Positions 1 through 9,107 of a DNA stretch of 64,000 bases are shown piece by piece. Location: positions 32,001 through 96,000 of IMG/VR virus record IMGVR_UViG_3300043399_000524; one strand, given 5' to 3'. Position 1 is the first letter of the stretch. Every line of letters starts with the position of its first letter. This stretch comes from a virus. The position numbers were made by a program, and so were the translations under genes. A model generated the notes under the pieces. It did no database searches. It had not been told where the DNA came from and saw nothing but the letters and a program-made list of their open reading frames with translations.

Positions 1-4
1 CGAC

Positions 5-901
5 TTGAAGCGACACAAGGTTGGTCAATTCATTACCACTGTTCCTTGTTTGTATGAACAAAAATATGACGGCAAGCCTGCTGAGGAAATCTATGATGAC
101 CTCATGAAGAATGTCCAAAAGATCAATATCAACGACCTTATCGACCAAATGATTGACGATCACCTTGACGGTGACGAAGGTGATGGTGACAGTGATGGTG
201 ATGGTGACAAAGACGGCAAGAGTAAGCGTCCTAAAATGTCTCCTGAGGAACGTGAACGTGCCCGCCAGGAAATCAAGCAAGCGATTATCAACGCAGCACA
301 AAGTGCCGAAGCAGGCTCTCTTCCTCTAGGTGTTGAGCGACTGATTAAACAAGCTACTGATCCAGTTATGCCTTGGCGTGAACTGATTCAAACTAACTTG
401 ACCAGTGCTATCCGTACTGACTACAGTTGGATGCGCCCAAGTCGTCGTTCTTGGCACATGGATGCGGTCATGCCTGGTATGACTCCCGGTGAAGAAATTG
501 ATGTTGTCGTTGCTATTGACATGTCTGGTTCTATCTCTAACAAGCAAGCACAAAACTTCTTGGGTGAGATCGGCGGCATGATGGAAGCGTTTGACGGCTA
601 TAAGGTTCATGTGTTCTGTTTTGACACTGATATCTATAACCCTGCTGACTTCACAAGTGAGAACCTTGACACTATCGATAACTACGAACCACAAGGTGGC
701 GGAGGCACAGACTTTGATGCTATCTTTGAATACTTGAAGAAGATTGGCAATGTGCCCAAACGACTGATTGTATTCACCGATGGTTATCCATGTGGTTCTT
801 GGGGTGACGCAGACTATTGCGACACTACATGGATCATTCACGGTGATCCCGATCCGAATCCCCCGTTCGGTACCTTCGCTATCTACGATGACCACAAGTG
901 A
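5..901 (+). CDS. vWA-domain protein (DUF2201/vWA-like), 5' truncated by window edge
   Basis: MIDAS motif DMSGS, plus GGGGTDF and FTDG; acidic linker upstream; ORF runs from window start. Confidence 0.8.
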   Translation: MKRHKVGQFITTVPCLYEQKYDGKPAEEIYDDLMKNVQKININDLIDQMIDDHLDGDEGDGDSDGDGDKDGKSKRPKMSPEERERARQEIKQAIINAAQSAEAGSLPLGVERLIKQATDPVMPWRELIQTNLTSAIRTDYSWMRPSRRSWHMDAVMPGMTPGEEIDVVVAIDMSGSISNKQAQNFLGEIGGMMEAFDGYKVHVFCFDTDIYNPADFTSENLDTIDNYEPQGGGGTDFDAIFEYLKKIGNVPKRLIVFTDGYPCGSWGDADYCDTTWIIHGDPDPNPPFGTFAIYDDHK

Positions 902-908
902 GAAATAA

Positions 909-1031
909 ATGGATACGTTAATTCAAATTTTGGGTTACGGATTTGTCGCAGTGGTGGTTGCAGGTTTATTTTATATTTTTACTAAGTTGTTGGTTGGAGC
1001 TTTAGGAGCACTAACAAAAGATGATGATTGA
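909..1031 (+). CDS. small membrane protein, 40 aa (not in ORF track)
   Basis: Translated by hand: MDTLIQILGYGFVAVVVAGLFYIFTKLLVGALGALTKDDD*; fills the gap between two genes and overlaps the next start. Confidence 0.6.
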   Translation: MDTLIQILGYGFVAVVVAGLFYIFTKLLVGALGALTKDDD

Positions 1032-1269
1032 CAGTAACAACCAACAACTAACAATATACGAATCTCCTGACGGAGGCAAGACAGTCTACTCCCGCAAGTC
1101 AGGAGAGGCTGTTCGCCAATTAGAAAGTAGACTTACCGATCCTACATGGTTAAAAGAAAAAGAACTTACAGAACGCTGGGCCAGCTTAAAACAAGCTGTC
1201 TTTATGGATGACTCTACTATCAATGATTTGATTGAAAAAATCGAAGTGTTGATGAAATTAAAAAAATGA
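1021..1269 (+). CDS. hypothetical protein
   Basis: ORF tiles between neighbours, ATGA overlap with next gene. Confidence 0.65.
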   Translation: MMIDSNNQQLTIYESPDGGKTVYSRKSGEAVRQLESRLTDPTWLKEKELTERWASLKQAVFMDDSTINDLIEKIEVLMKLKK

Positions 1270-1508
1270 ATCATGAAGTGAACCCATTAATATGGTTTGC
1301 CGAGCGAGAATTACCATATCCACCAGTACATTTTGTAGTCGCATCCACACCTGCCACAATAGAATCCAAACAATGGGTTCTCGATCATTTGTCGGGTAGA
1401 TTTTCTATAACAACAAACTCTGCTGATATTTTTAATTTAGAAAGCATAGGCAGTATCAGTTTTGAAGATCCAAAAGAGGCTATGATTTTTGAACTAAAGT
1501 GGTCCTAA
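1266..1508 (+). CDS. small protein, dispersed member of the F-x-x-E-x-D...L-(R/K)-W family
   Basis: C-terminus FEDPKEAMIFELKWS matches the array at 28.7-32.8 kb. Confidence 0.7.
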   Translation: MNHEVNPLIWFAERELPYPPVHFVVASTPATIESKQWVLDHLSGRFSITTNSADIFNLESIGSISFEDPKEAMIFELKWS

Positions 1509-1571
1509 GAAAAAATATTGCAAAGATTTAATTCTGTTAAATATCTAGCATATATAATAGGAGATTGCAAT

Positions 1572-2237
1572 ATGAGTTTTTTACGACATGTAGGGAAGCA
1601 AGGTGATCGTAAGGTTGCCGTAGTATTCCGTGAAGTACCCGGTGAACCTCATATGTGCTTGGTTACATATACTGAAACATTAAATCAACACATACATGAC
1701 CCACTAATCAAATGTATTGAAAGTGATATTGGGCAAAACAGTGAGCACTTAGCAGATGCACTAAATCGTACTCATACCAAAGACGGTCGAATCATCCTAC
1801 AAGTTTTACACGCTGAAGGACAATTGAAAAAGGTTCAAACAAGTCAAATTGTCATGACACCTGCACCAAATCAATCTATCCGTTTGGATGAATTGAATAC
1901 CATTTTAGATGAAATGAAAACGGGCGAGGCAGCGGTACAGAAACTAGCAGAACTAGACAAGTCACGAGGACTACAAGATCCAGCAGACGTTGTACGCCGT
2001 ATGCGCGGCCCCCAACAAGCACCGCAAGTACAGTCAACCGGTGATGCATTGGGTGATGCTCAACTAGCAAACAATCTACGTCAACAGGCTACTAGGATGA
2101 CTAATGAGGCCAAAGGTCTTATGGCTGAAGCAGAGCGTTTATTGAAAGAAGCCGCACAAATGGATCCAGTTCAAGCAGTTCCTGAAACTACCAAACCAAA
2201 GAAAACAACTGCGAGAAAAACTAAAGTTAGTGCATAA
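1572..2237 (+). CDS. hypothetical protein
   Basis: GGAG SD before ATG 1572 (track start 1518 is an upstream TTG); coiled-coil-like C-terminus. Confidence 0.7.
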   Translation: MSFLRHVGKQGDRKVAVVFREVPGEPHMCLVTYTETLNQHIHDPLIKCIESDIGQNSEHLADALNRTHTKDGRIILQVLHAEGQLKKVQTSQIVMTPAPNQSIRLDELNTILDEMKTGEAAVQKLAELDKSRGLQDPADVVRRMRGPQQAPQVQSTGDALGDAQLANNLRQQATRMTNEAKGLMAEAERLLKEAAQMDPVQAVPETTKPKKTTARKTKVSA

Positions 2238-2533
2238 TGAGTCCCGAATTTATCGAAAAATGGGAACACATCCTTGAAGATGTAGAAAAGAATAAGATAC
2301 CTGTACAGTTTATTAAAAAGTTGATTATCAAACTCGAAGGTAAACGACAACAGACCATCAATATTCAAAAATTTCTAGAGCAAGGATTGGACCCTGATGA
2401 AATTGAAAGCGTAGTAAGTCGCAAACTTGATGAACTGGATGACATGATAGTGAGCGTAGAATTCATACTGAATGTTCAAAGTATTGCAGATACAGTACAA
2501 CCAGAGACCGACAAACTATTAGGAAAATTATGA
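2237..2533 (+). CDS. hypothetical protein
   Basis: TAATG and ATGA coupling on both sides. Confidence 0.7.
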   Translation: MSPEFIEKWEHILEDVEKNKIPVQFIKKLIIKLEGKRQQTINIQKFLEQGLDPDEIESVVSRKLDELDDMIVSVEFILNVQSIADTVQPETDKLLGKL

Positions 2534-2982
2534 AATTAATTGTAGCTTGTGATCCTAAAGGAGGAATAGGCTATCAAAACAAATTGCCCTGGAGTAAAAT
2601 CGAGGGCGATTTGCCAAGATTCAAGGAGCTAACTACTGGTAAAACAGTAGTGATGGGTCGTAACACTTGGGATAGTCTACCAAAAAAACCATTACCAAAT
2701 AGAACCAATATCATTGTAACTAGTTTACCATTTGCGAGACTACCTGAAAACACATGTAGAATTGCAACATTGGAAGAAGTAAGTAATGATTCATGGATTA
2801 TAGGTGGTGCTAAACTAATCAACTCTAGTTGGAATTATGTAGATGAAATACATCTTACTAGAACATTCACCGAATACACTTGCGATACGTTTATTGATCT
2901 AGTACAATTAGAAAAAGATTTTGTGTGTTGGTTTAAAGAAGAACATGACGACCATTCTTACGAAATTTGGAAAAGAAAATGA
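2530..2982 (+). CDS. folA: dihydrofolate reductase
   Basis: IVACD..GGIG..N.LPW, DL.RFK, VVMGRNTWDSL..KPLPNRTNII, WIIGGA. Confidence 0.95.
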   Translation: MKLIVACDPKGGIGYQNKLPWSKIEGDLPRFKELTTGKTVVMGRNTWDSLPKKPLPNRTNIIVTSLPFARLPENTCRIATLEEVSNDSWIIGGAKLINSSWNYVDEIHLTRTFTEYTCDTFIDLVQLEKDFVCWFKEEHDDHSYEIWKRK

Positions 2983-3878
2983 AACAGTATCACAATTTAC
3001 TCAAAGACATATTAGAAAACGGAGAATATAAAGATGATAGAACCGGTGTTGGTACCTATAGTGTTTTTGGCCGTCATCTTCGCTTTGATTTGCGTAGAGG
3101 ATTCCCTGCCATCACCACTAAGAAACTTGCTTGGAAGGCTTGTGTCGGTGAACTACTTTGGTTTATTGAAGGCAGCAATGATGAACGTAGATTGGCAGAA
3201 CTCACCCATGGTACTTCCGAAGGCAAGGTTACGATCTGGACGCCAAACGCAATGGCGCCGTACTGGAAACCCAAAGCGAAGTTTGAAGGTGACCTCGGCA
3301 GAGTTTACGGAGTCCAGTGGAGGCATTGGAACAAGTACGCGGAAGAAAAAGATTATGGCCCGGCGCACAAAGGTGGTACGCGCCTTGCCGTTGACAAGAC
3401 AGAAATTGACCAACTCAAGAACCTCCTTGAGGGCTTGAAGAACGATCCTAATGGACGCAGACATATACTCAGTGCCTGGAACGTAGCAGAAATGGATCAG
3501 ATGGCATTGCCTCCTTGTCATGTCATGAGTCAATTCTATATCAACAAAAATAAAGAATTGTCTTGTCATATGTATCAACGTAGTGTGGATGTTTATTTAG
3601 GGCTCCCGTTCAATATCGCTAGTTATGCTCTACTTACTCATTTGATAGCACACCACTGTAGTCTTAAAGTTGGAGAATTGATTATCAGTACAGGTGATAC
3701 TCATATATATAAAAATCATATTGAGCAAGTTAATGAGCAACTATCACGGTCCGAATACCCACTACCCACATTGTGGTTGAATCCAGAAGTGAAAGATATT
3801 GAAAAATTTACAATGGACGATGTTAAATTAATTGATTATCAATCACATGGTCAACTGAAGGCGCCGATGGCAGTTTAA
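2979..3878 (+). CDS. thyA: thymidylate synthase ThyA
   Basis: DRTGVGT, ELLWF, GRVYGVQWR, LPPCH, YQRSVD..LGLPFNIASY, GDTHIY; uninterrupted. Confidence 0.97.
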   Translation: MKQYHNLLKDILENGEYKDDRTGVGTYSVFGRHLRFDLRRGFPAITTKKLAWKACVGELLWFIEGSNDERRLAELTHGTSEGKVTIWTPNAMAPYWKPKAKFEGDLGRVYGVQWRHWNKYAEEKDYGPAHKGGTRLAVDKTEIDQLKNLLEGLKNDPNGRRHILSAWNVAEMDQMALPPCHVMSQFYINKNKELSCHMYQRSVDVYLGLPFNIASYALLTHLIAHHCSLKVGELIISTGDTHIYKNHIEQVNEQLSRSEYPLPTLWLNPEVKDIEKFTMDDVKLIDYQSHGQLKAPMAV

Positions 3879-3912
3879 TGTTAAAAGGTAGACCATAATG
3901 ATAAATAGTTAT

Positions 3913-4488
3913 ATGAAAACAATTTATCATTATCATCACATTATACCTAAACACATGGGAGGAACTGACGATCCGACCAATCTCATTAAATTAACTGTTG
4001 AAGAACATGCTGAAGCCCATAAAAAACTTTTTGAAACTTATGGGAATAAGTTTGACTATATTGCTTACATGGCTCTATCAAAGCAAATAGGCAAGGAAGA
4101 AGCAAATTATTTGAAAATGATTGGACCAAAAAATTGGACAGATGATGGATTAGAATCTCTAAGAGAAACTGCTAGAAAACGAAAGGGTGAAAAAAATCCA
4201 TTTTATGGAAAAACACACACTGACGAAACTAGAAAAATACTTAGAGAAAATCAGCTAAACAATAGTTGGATTAAGGGTGTTGATCCATCTGAGTTGTCCT
4301 ACACTACTTATTATGAGATAATTTATCCAGATGGTAATACTAAACAAGTCGCTGGTTTAAGATTGATTGCCGAAGAATTTAAAGTTAGTATCACTAATGT
4401 CCATGCTACTATTAAAAGAATGGCTAATGGAGTTATGCCTACTAGGAGTGTATTTAAAGGGCATCTTATCAAGAAAATAGATAAATGA
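3913..4488 (+). mobile_element. free-standing HNH homing endonuclease with NUMOD3-like DNA-binding motif
   Basis: HHIIPKHMGGTDDPTNL...EEHAEAH; NPFYGKTHTDETR; GATAAATA at 3900-3907 precedes ATG 3913. Confidence 0.85.
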
Positions 4489-4772
4489 GCAAATCAAAGC
4501 AAACATGGCAGTTTAATCCAGTTAGACCTAAGATTGTCGAACATCGTGTACACTTGTTTTCTGTAGGAGGTGTTGCCGATCCCGACATGTATGCTGCACA
4601 TCCTATTTGGGAGTGGGAGAATACTGAGCAAGGTAGATGGGTTATGCAAAATAGCAATCCTAAACCTAAGTGGGAACGATATATCGATCCACATACATAT
4701 GGATACAAGTATGTCATCAAGGCATACTTTACTCCTGAGCAAGTAACCTATTGGAAATTAAAATATGAGTAA
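4485..4772 (+). CDS. small hypothetical protein, probable distant member of the array family
   Basis: C-terminus FTPEQVTYWKLKYE; ATGA overlap. Confidence 0.6.
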   Translation: MSKSKQTWQFNPVRPKIVEHRVHLFSVGGVADPDMYAAHPIWEWENTEQGRWVMQNSNPKPKWERYIDPHTYGYKYVIKAYFTPEQVTYWKLKYE

Positions 4773-5751
4773 AATTTTAGTAACGGGAGGCCTAGGACTA
4801 ATAGGTCACAATGTCGTATCAAGATTAGCTAACTTAGGATATCAAGTTGTAGTCACTGATACACGTACAAACTACGGCATCATCCCTCAAGCAGAGATTG
4901 ATTACCTAATGAATGAAAGACTAAAAAAGATTCCTGATAATGTTAAAATCTATGACTATGACATTACAGGTGCATTCATTCATAATGTGTTTGATTACCA
5001 TCGATTTGACCAAGTCATTCATATGGCTAGTTTCCCAAGACAAAAAGTAGTAAACGCTAATCCAGTGTGGGGTAGTCGTGTTATGAGTGAAGGGTTGCTC
5101 AACTTGTTGGAAGCTAGTAAGAAGTACAGTGTCAATAAGTTTGTCTATATCAGTAGTTCAATGGTGTATGGTGACTTTACTGATGATGTAAAAGAAGATG
5201 CTATTTGTAGACCGCAAGGTCAGTATGGTATTATGAAATTAGCAGGAGAATGGCTTGTTAGAGATTATTCTAGACGAGATAATATTGTTCACACAATTAT
5301 TCGCCCTAGTGCTGTCTACGGCCCTCTTGATGTTGAGGACCGCGTCATTGCTAAGTTCATGCTTACAGCGATGCGTGGCGGCACTCTCAATGTTAATGGT
5401 GCCGGGGAAACACTAGACTTTACTTATGTAGAAGATGCGGCTGATGGTATTGTTGCGGCAGCACTGAGTAACAACACAGACAACAAGACATACAATATTA
5501 CTAAATCACATTCAAGAACCCTACTTGATGCCGCAAACCTTGCTGTAAAAATTGTAGGTAAAGGTACAATTAATATACGTGACAAGGACGTAGACTTTCC
5601 AAGTCGCGGTGCATTGAATATTGAAGCGGCTCGTAGAGATTTCGGCTACGATCCTAAAATAGATGTAGAAGAAGGATTTCAAAAATATTATGAGTGGTTG
5701 CAACATTCCCCATTTTGGACTCAAAAGACAGTACAAGAATCTAAGGGATGA
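4765..5751 (+). CDS. NAD-dependent NDP-sugar epimerase/dehydratase (extended SDR)
   Basis: GGLGLIG (GxxGxxG), SSSMVYG, YGIMK (YxxxK), RPSAVYGP, DFTYVEDAA. Confidence 0.92.
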   Translation: MSKILVTGGLGLIGHNVVSRLANLGYQVVVTDTRTNYGIIPQAEIDYLMNERLKKIPDNVKIYDYDITGAFIHNVFDYHRFDQVIHMASFPRQKVVNANPVWGSRVMSEGLLNLLEASKKYSVNKFVYISSSMVYGDFTDDVKEDAICRPQGQYGIMKLAGEWLVRDYSRRDNIVHTIIRPSAVYGPLDVEDRVIAKFMLTAMRGGTLNVNGAGETLDFTYVEDAADGIVAAALSNNTDNKTYNITKSHSRTLLDAANLAVKIVGKGTINIRDKDVDFPSRGALNIEAARRDFGYDPKIDVEEGFQKYYEWLQHSPFWTQKTVQESKG

Positions 5752-6760
5752 AATCCTTGATGCCACTGACCGTGCGTTGAAAGACGGTCAATTGGTAAAT
5801 GGACATTACACCCGTTCATTTGAAGAATGGCTTAGGCATCGTACTAGTACAAAATACGCAGTAACCGTACATTCGGGTACACAAGCACTTGAGATTATTG
5901 CTAGATACAAAAAGATTAAGCACAATCAAACTATGCAGGGTAATCCTAAAATACGCATACCTAACTTAACATATCCTGCAACATTAAATGCGTTTTTAAA
6001 TGCAGGATGGGACTTTGAATTAGGTGATACTGACAAGTACGGTATATTAAAATTAGAAGGTGGTACAGGTGGAGTATATGACTGTTTAGTAGGACTCTAC
6101 GGTAAACTGCCTTGGGAACAATCACGCATAGAACAAAGTCACGGGGTGATTGTCGACGGTGCCCAGCATTGGTTAGTATGTAATGGGCAAGTAGGCAGCG
6201 GCATGGCAATCAGTTTTGATCCTACAAAGAATCTAAATGCTAGTGGCAATGGCGGTGCAATCGTCACTAACGATGAACATTTATATTTGTTTGCCGCACG
6301 TTATAGAGACAATAATAAACCTGACTTCTACGATGCTGGAACTAATACAAAAATGAGTGAGCAGGATTGTGCTCAAATATTAGTTCGTTCAAAATATATT
6401 AACGAGTGGCAAGCTAGAAGAAAAGAAATCGCAAAATTTTGGTGCGATAGATTTAAAGAATTACCAGTGCGATGTTTAGCCGACACATCAGTACCGCATG
6501 CATATCAAAAATTTGTTATATATATGTCTGACAGAAATTCTATGCACACCCATTTGATGCTAAATGGCATAGACAGTAAGATAAATTATGAATATACGTT
6601 GGGTGACTTGCCCACTACGTTTGGTATTCCAAAACCAGATTTGTTGAGTACTAGCGTAATGTTAAGTAGGGGAGTAATTAGCTTACCTATATACCCTGAA
6701 TTGACTGATACTGAAGTGGAATATATAGCAGATAAAGTAGATGAATTTTTTGGAGAATAA
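5690..6760 (+). CDS. DegT/DnrJ/EryC1/StrS PLP-dependent sugar aminotransferase
   Basis: SGTQALE, VDGAQ, SFDPTKNL (PLP lysine), GNGGAIVTND, SLPIYPEL. Confidence 0.9.
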   Translation: MSGCNIPHFGLKRQYKNLRDEILDATDRALKDGQLVNGHYTRSFEEWLRHRTSTKYAVTVHSGTQALEIIARYKKIKHNQTMQGNPKIRIPNLTYPATLNAFLNAGWDFELGDTDKYGILKLEGGTGGVYDCLVGLYGKLPWEQSRIEQSHGVIVDGAQHWLVCNGQVGSGMAISFDPTKNLNASGNGGAIVTNDEHLYLFAARYRDNNKPDFYDAGTNTKMSEQDCAQILVRSKYINEWQARRKEIAKFWCDRFKELPVRCLADTSVPHAYQKFVIYMSDRNSMHTHLMLNGIDSKINYEYTLGDLPTTFGIPKPDLLSTSVMLSRGVISLPIYPELTDTEVEYIADKVDEFFGE

Positions 6761-6773
6761 AGTGTATCCCTAG

Positions 6774-6781
6774 TATAAATA
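6774..6781 (+). promoter_or_regulatory. T4-type late promoter TATAAATA
   Basis: Exact T4 gp55 consensus just upstream of the spanin-like genes. Confidence 0.7.
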
Positions 6782-6789
6782 AGGATACT

Positions 6790-7254
6790 ATGTGGATACT
6801 ATCAATACTCTCTGAAACAGCCATACATACGATATTTGGCATTGGTGTCCTAGGCGTAATCGCAGGGTTCGTCCTAGGTTTTATACCCTTTATTAGGACT
6901 TACAAACTAGCGATACAAATTTGTAGTATCTTATTGCTGGTTTTTGGTGTATATCTTGAAGGCGGCCTTGCTGACTATAAAGAGTGGGAACTCAAAGTCA
7001 AAGAAATGGAAGCCAAAGTTGCAAAAGCAGAAGCAGAAGCAGCTAATAAAAATGTAGAGATACAAGAAAAGATTGTCGAAAAGACCAAAGTAATTAAAGA
7101 AAAAGGTCGTGATATTATTAAATATGTTGACAAAGAAGTGGTTAAAAAAGAAGAAGTTGTCAAGTATATTGAAAACTGCCCAATTCCCAAAGATGTGATC
7201 GATGCTCACAACATTGCAGCCGAATTGAACAAAGCAGCGGAGAATAAAAAATGA
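6790..7254 (+). CDS. putative i-spanin (Rz-like)
   Basis: Hydrophobic N-terminal segments then a long K/E coiled coil; overlaps a lipoprotein gene. Confidence 0.55.
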   Translation: MWILSILSETAIHTIFGIGVLGVIAGFVLGFIPFIRTYKLAIQICSILLLVFGVYLEGGLADYKEWELKVKEMEAKVAKAEAEAANKNVEIQEKIVEKTKVIKEKGRDIIKYVDKEVVKKEEVVKYIENCPIPKDVIDAHNIAAELNKAAENKK

Positions 7255-7514
7255 AGTATTCACTAATCCTTTCGTTGTTTTTAGTTGGCTGTTCAACCAC
7301 AGTTCCAGTCAAACCAACATTTCCTAAAGCGGCGCCTGAACTTATGAAAAAGTGTGAAGCCTTGAAAAAGATCGAAGGTGATAAAGTAGCAATCACTGAA
7401 ATGCTTAAAGTTGTGATTCACAATTATTCACTATATTATGAATGCTCTACTAAAGTAGAAGGTTGGCAAGAGTGGTATAATGAGCAGAAAAAGATATATG
7501 AGAACGCAAAATAA
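7251..7514 (+). CDS. lipoprotein, putative o-spanin (Rz1-like)
   Basis: Signal peptide with lipobox LVGC, Pro-rich segment after Cys. Confidence 0.6.
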   Translation: MKYSLILSLFLVGCSTTVPVKPTFPKAAPELMKKCEALKKIEGDKVAITEMLKVVIHNYSLYYECSTKVEGWQEWYNEQKKIYENAK

Positions 7515-7773
7515 TAGCATATTATTAGCTACTTGTTTGCTATTAGCGGGCTGTGCATCTACAAATGATTACCAGACATATGTAGAAACTCAAAAAACGT
7601 TGAATAAAGACTATACTATGGCTGAACTCGCTAGAATTTCTGCATTGATTGAAATTGTAAAAGAATCTCAGGATATATCTGTTAAAATTGAAGCAATTAA
7701 GGCTTTACAAGAAATACAACGAGTAAAGAAACCGTTAGAAATAGACAGACCGAAGTCTTGGCTAGAAAGATAA
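7498..7773 (+). CDS. second lipoprotein
   Basis: Lipobox LAGC after ILLATCLL; ATG 7498 preferred over 7480. Confidence 0.6.
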   Translation: MRTQNNSILLATCLLLAGCASTNDYQTYVETQKTLNKDYTMAELARISALIEIVKESQDISVKIEAIKALQEIQRVKKPLEIDRPKSWLER

Positions 7774-7793
7774 ATACTATATAGGGATTTATT

Positions 7794-8324
7794 ATGGCAC
7801 AAGAAATTATTAATGTAGGTGCGCTACCTAATGATGGTACCGGAGACCCATTGCGTGTTGCATTTGAGAAGATTAACAATAACTTCAGTAATCTGTTCGC
7901 TACTGCAACAATTACTTACTCAGTATACACTGTAGGCAACACACCCGGTCAAGTTATTTTTGAAACCCCAATAACTGCATTTACTCAAGCCAAATTTCAA
8001 ATTCGTTCTAGTGACAGCGGGTCTCCTAATAGCCAAAATATAACAATTGCAGCGCAAATATCTAATGATAACGCAAATGTAAAATATACTGGATATGGAA
8101 CCACATTTTTTGGTAATCCAGTAACACAGTATAGTATGGATGTGTCATCTGGAAACGTTAGACTTATGGCAGACCCATTAGTCAATGAAGCATTAGTACA
8201 CTTTATTTCTGCACAAGTAACTTACAATAGTGATACCGCAGGTATAGATATTGGATTAGATGGCTATGTTGATTCAGTGCTAAACACTGAAAACAATCTA
8301 AATATCACTACTGAAAACGGATAA
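7794..8324 (+). CDS. virion protein with T4 gp9/gp10-like N-terminal motif
   Basis: INVGALPNDGTGDPLRVAFEKINNNF resembles T4 gp9 N-terminus; GATAAATA at 7769-7776. Confidence 0.6.
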   Translation: MAQEIINVGALPNDGTGDPLRVAFEKINNNFSNLFATATITYSVYTVGNTPGQVIFETPITAFTQAKFQIRSSDSGSPNSQNITIAAQISNDNANVKYTGYGTTFFGNPVTQYSMDVSSGNVRLMADPLVNEALVHFISAQVTYNSDTAGIDIGLDGYVDSVLNTENNLNITTENG

Positions 8325-8325
8325 A

Positions 8326-8721
8326 ATGAGAGCCAGAGAGTTTATTGCAGAATCTACAGGCAGTATTTTACCAGAAGTACAACATACCCTACCGGCCGCC
8401 TGGGTGATCGATGCACTACAAAACAATGATTTTTACAAACAATACCGTTTTGGTGTAGCACTGGCAGGAGCTAAAGGAGCCGAACAACGTAAAAAAGATA
8501 ATGTCCCCGAGTATTCTACGGAAACTGTTTGGGGAGAAAATGAAGTTATAATATCATATGGTGGTTCCGATTATTTAAAGAAATATTTAGATGACGCATT
8601 ACGACAAATGGGATTGCCATCCAGTGCTGCAAAATTAGTAACAACTAAAAAGAGTGAAGAACCAACTAACACTGGCAAACAAAGTACACTACTGCCGTTT
8701 AAAGGGTACAAAAGAAAATGA
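8326..8721 (+). CDS. MRAREFI-family protein A, putative internal head protein
   Basis: MRAREFIAE leader; ends PFKGYKRK. Confidence 0.7.
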   Translation: MRAREFIAESTGSILPEVQHTLPAAWVIDALQNNDFYKQYRFGVALAGAKGAEQRKKDNVPEYSTETVWGENEVIISYGGSDYLKKYLDDALRQMGLPSSAAKLVTTKKSEEPTNTGKQSTLLPFKGYKRK

Positions 8722-9107
8722 GAGCAAGAGAATTCATAACAGAAGGGTCTAAGGGCCTGCGTGGAAACAATAGAGCAGAACCTAACCATGAATTTGCGTC
8801 AGCACACCCTAGTATTGTAGCACCACATGGTCGTGGGGACATGTACATTGGCCGTTACTATGACTTTTATAAAGTAGCGCAATTAACTGGTATGGATCCT
8901 GATGAACTAGACCAGATGGACTTAATTTCATTCTTTGGTAACCTGCCTGTGTTTTCGGGATATACTGAACAGGACCGTGAAAAATTATTCCGTGTTATGA
9001 AAAAGCTAGGTATGAAACCCAAAGACTATATTCCTACTGGTAGCACAGAGCCCGATGATACACATGTCACAAGCCCATTAAATGGCTTCAAGGGTTACAA
9101 GAAATAA
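8718..9107 (+). CDS. MRAREFI-family protein B, putative internal head protein
   Basis: MRAREFITE leader; ends GFKGYKK. Confidence 0.7.
   Translation: MRAREFITEGSKGLRGNNRAEPNHEFASAHPSIVAPHGRGDMYIGRYYDFYKVAQLTGMDPDELDQMDLISFFGNLPVFSGYTEQDREKLFRVMKKLGMKPKDYIPTGSTEPDDTHVTSPLNGFKGYKK

Noticed and set aside
326-895. 189-aa minus-strand ORF, and similar antisense or alternate-frame ORFs (3034-3438, 3153-3578, 23504-24007, 16937-17314)
   Set aside because: Fully nested in well-supported genes; no motifs, SD or promoter; expected shadows of GC-richer coding strands
2979-4488. Group I intron in thyA carrying the HNH gene (as in T4 td)
   Set aside because: ThyA is continuous to its normal C-terminus (LKAPMAV); the HNH gene is downstream with its own promoter
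5690-5751. Frameshift or fusion between epimerase and aminotransferase
   Set aside because: Both proteins have complete native-looking termini; no slippery site seen; a simple overlap suffices
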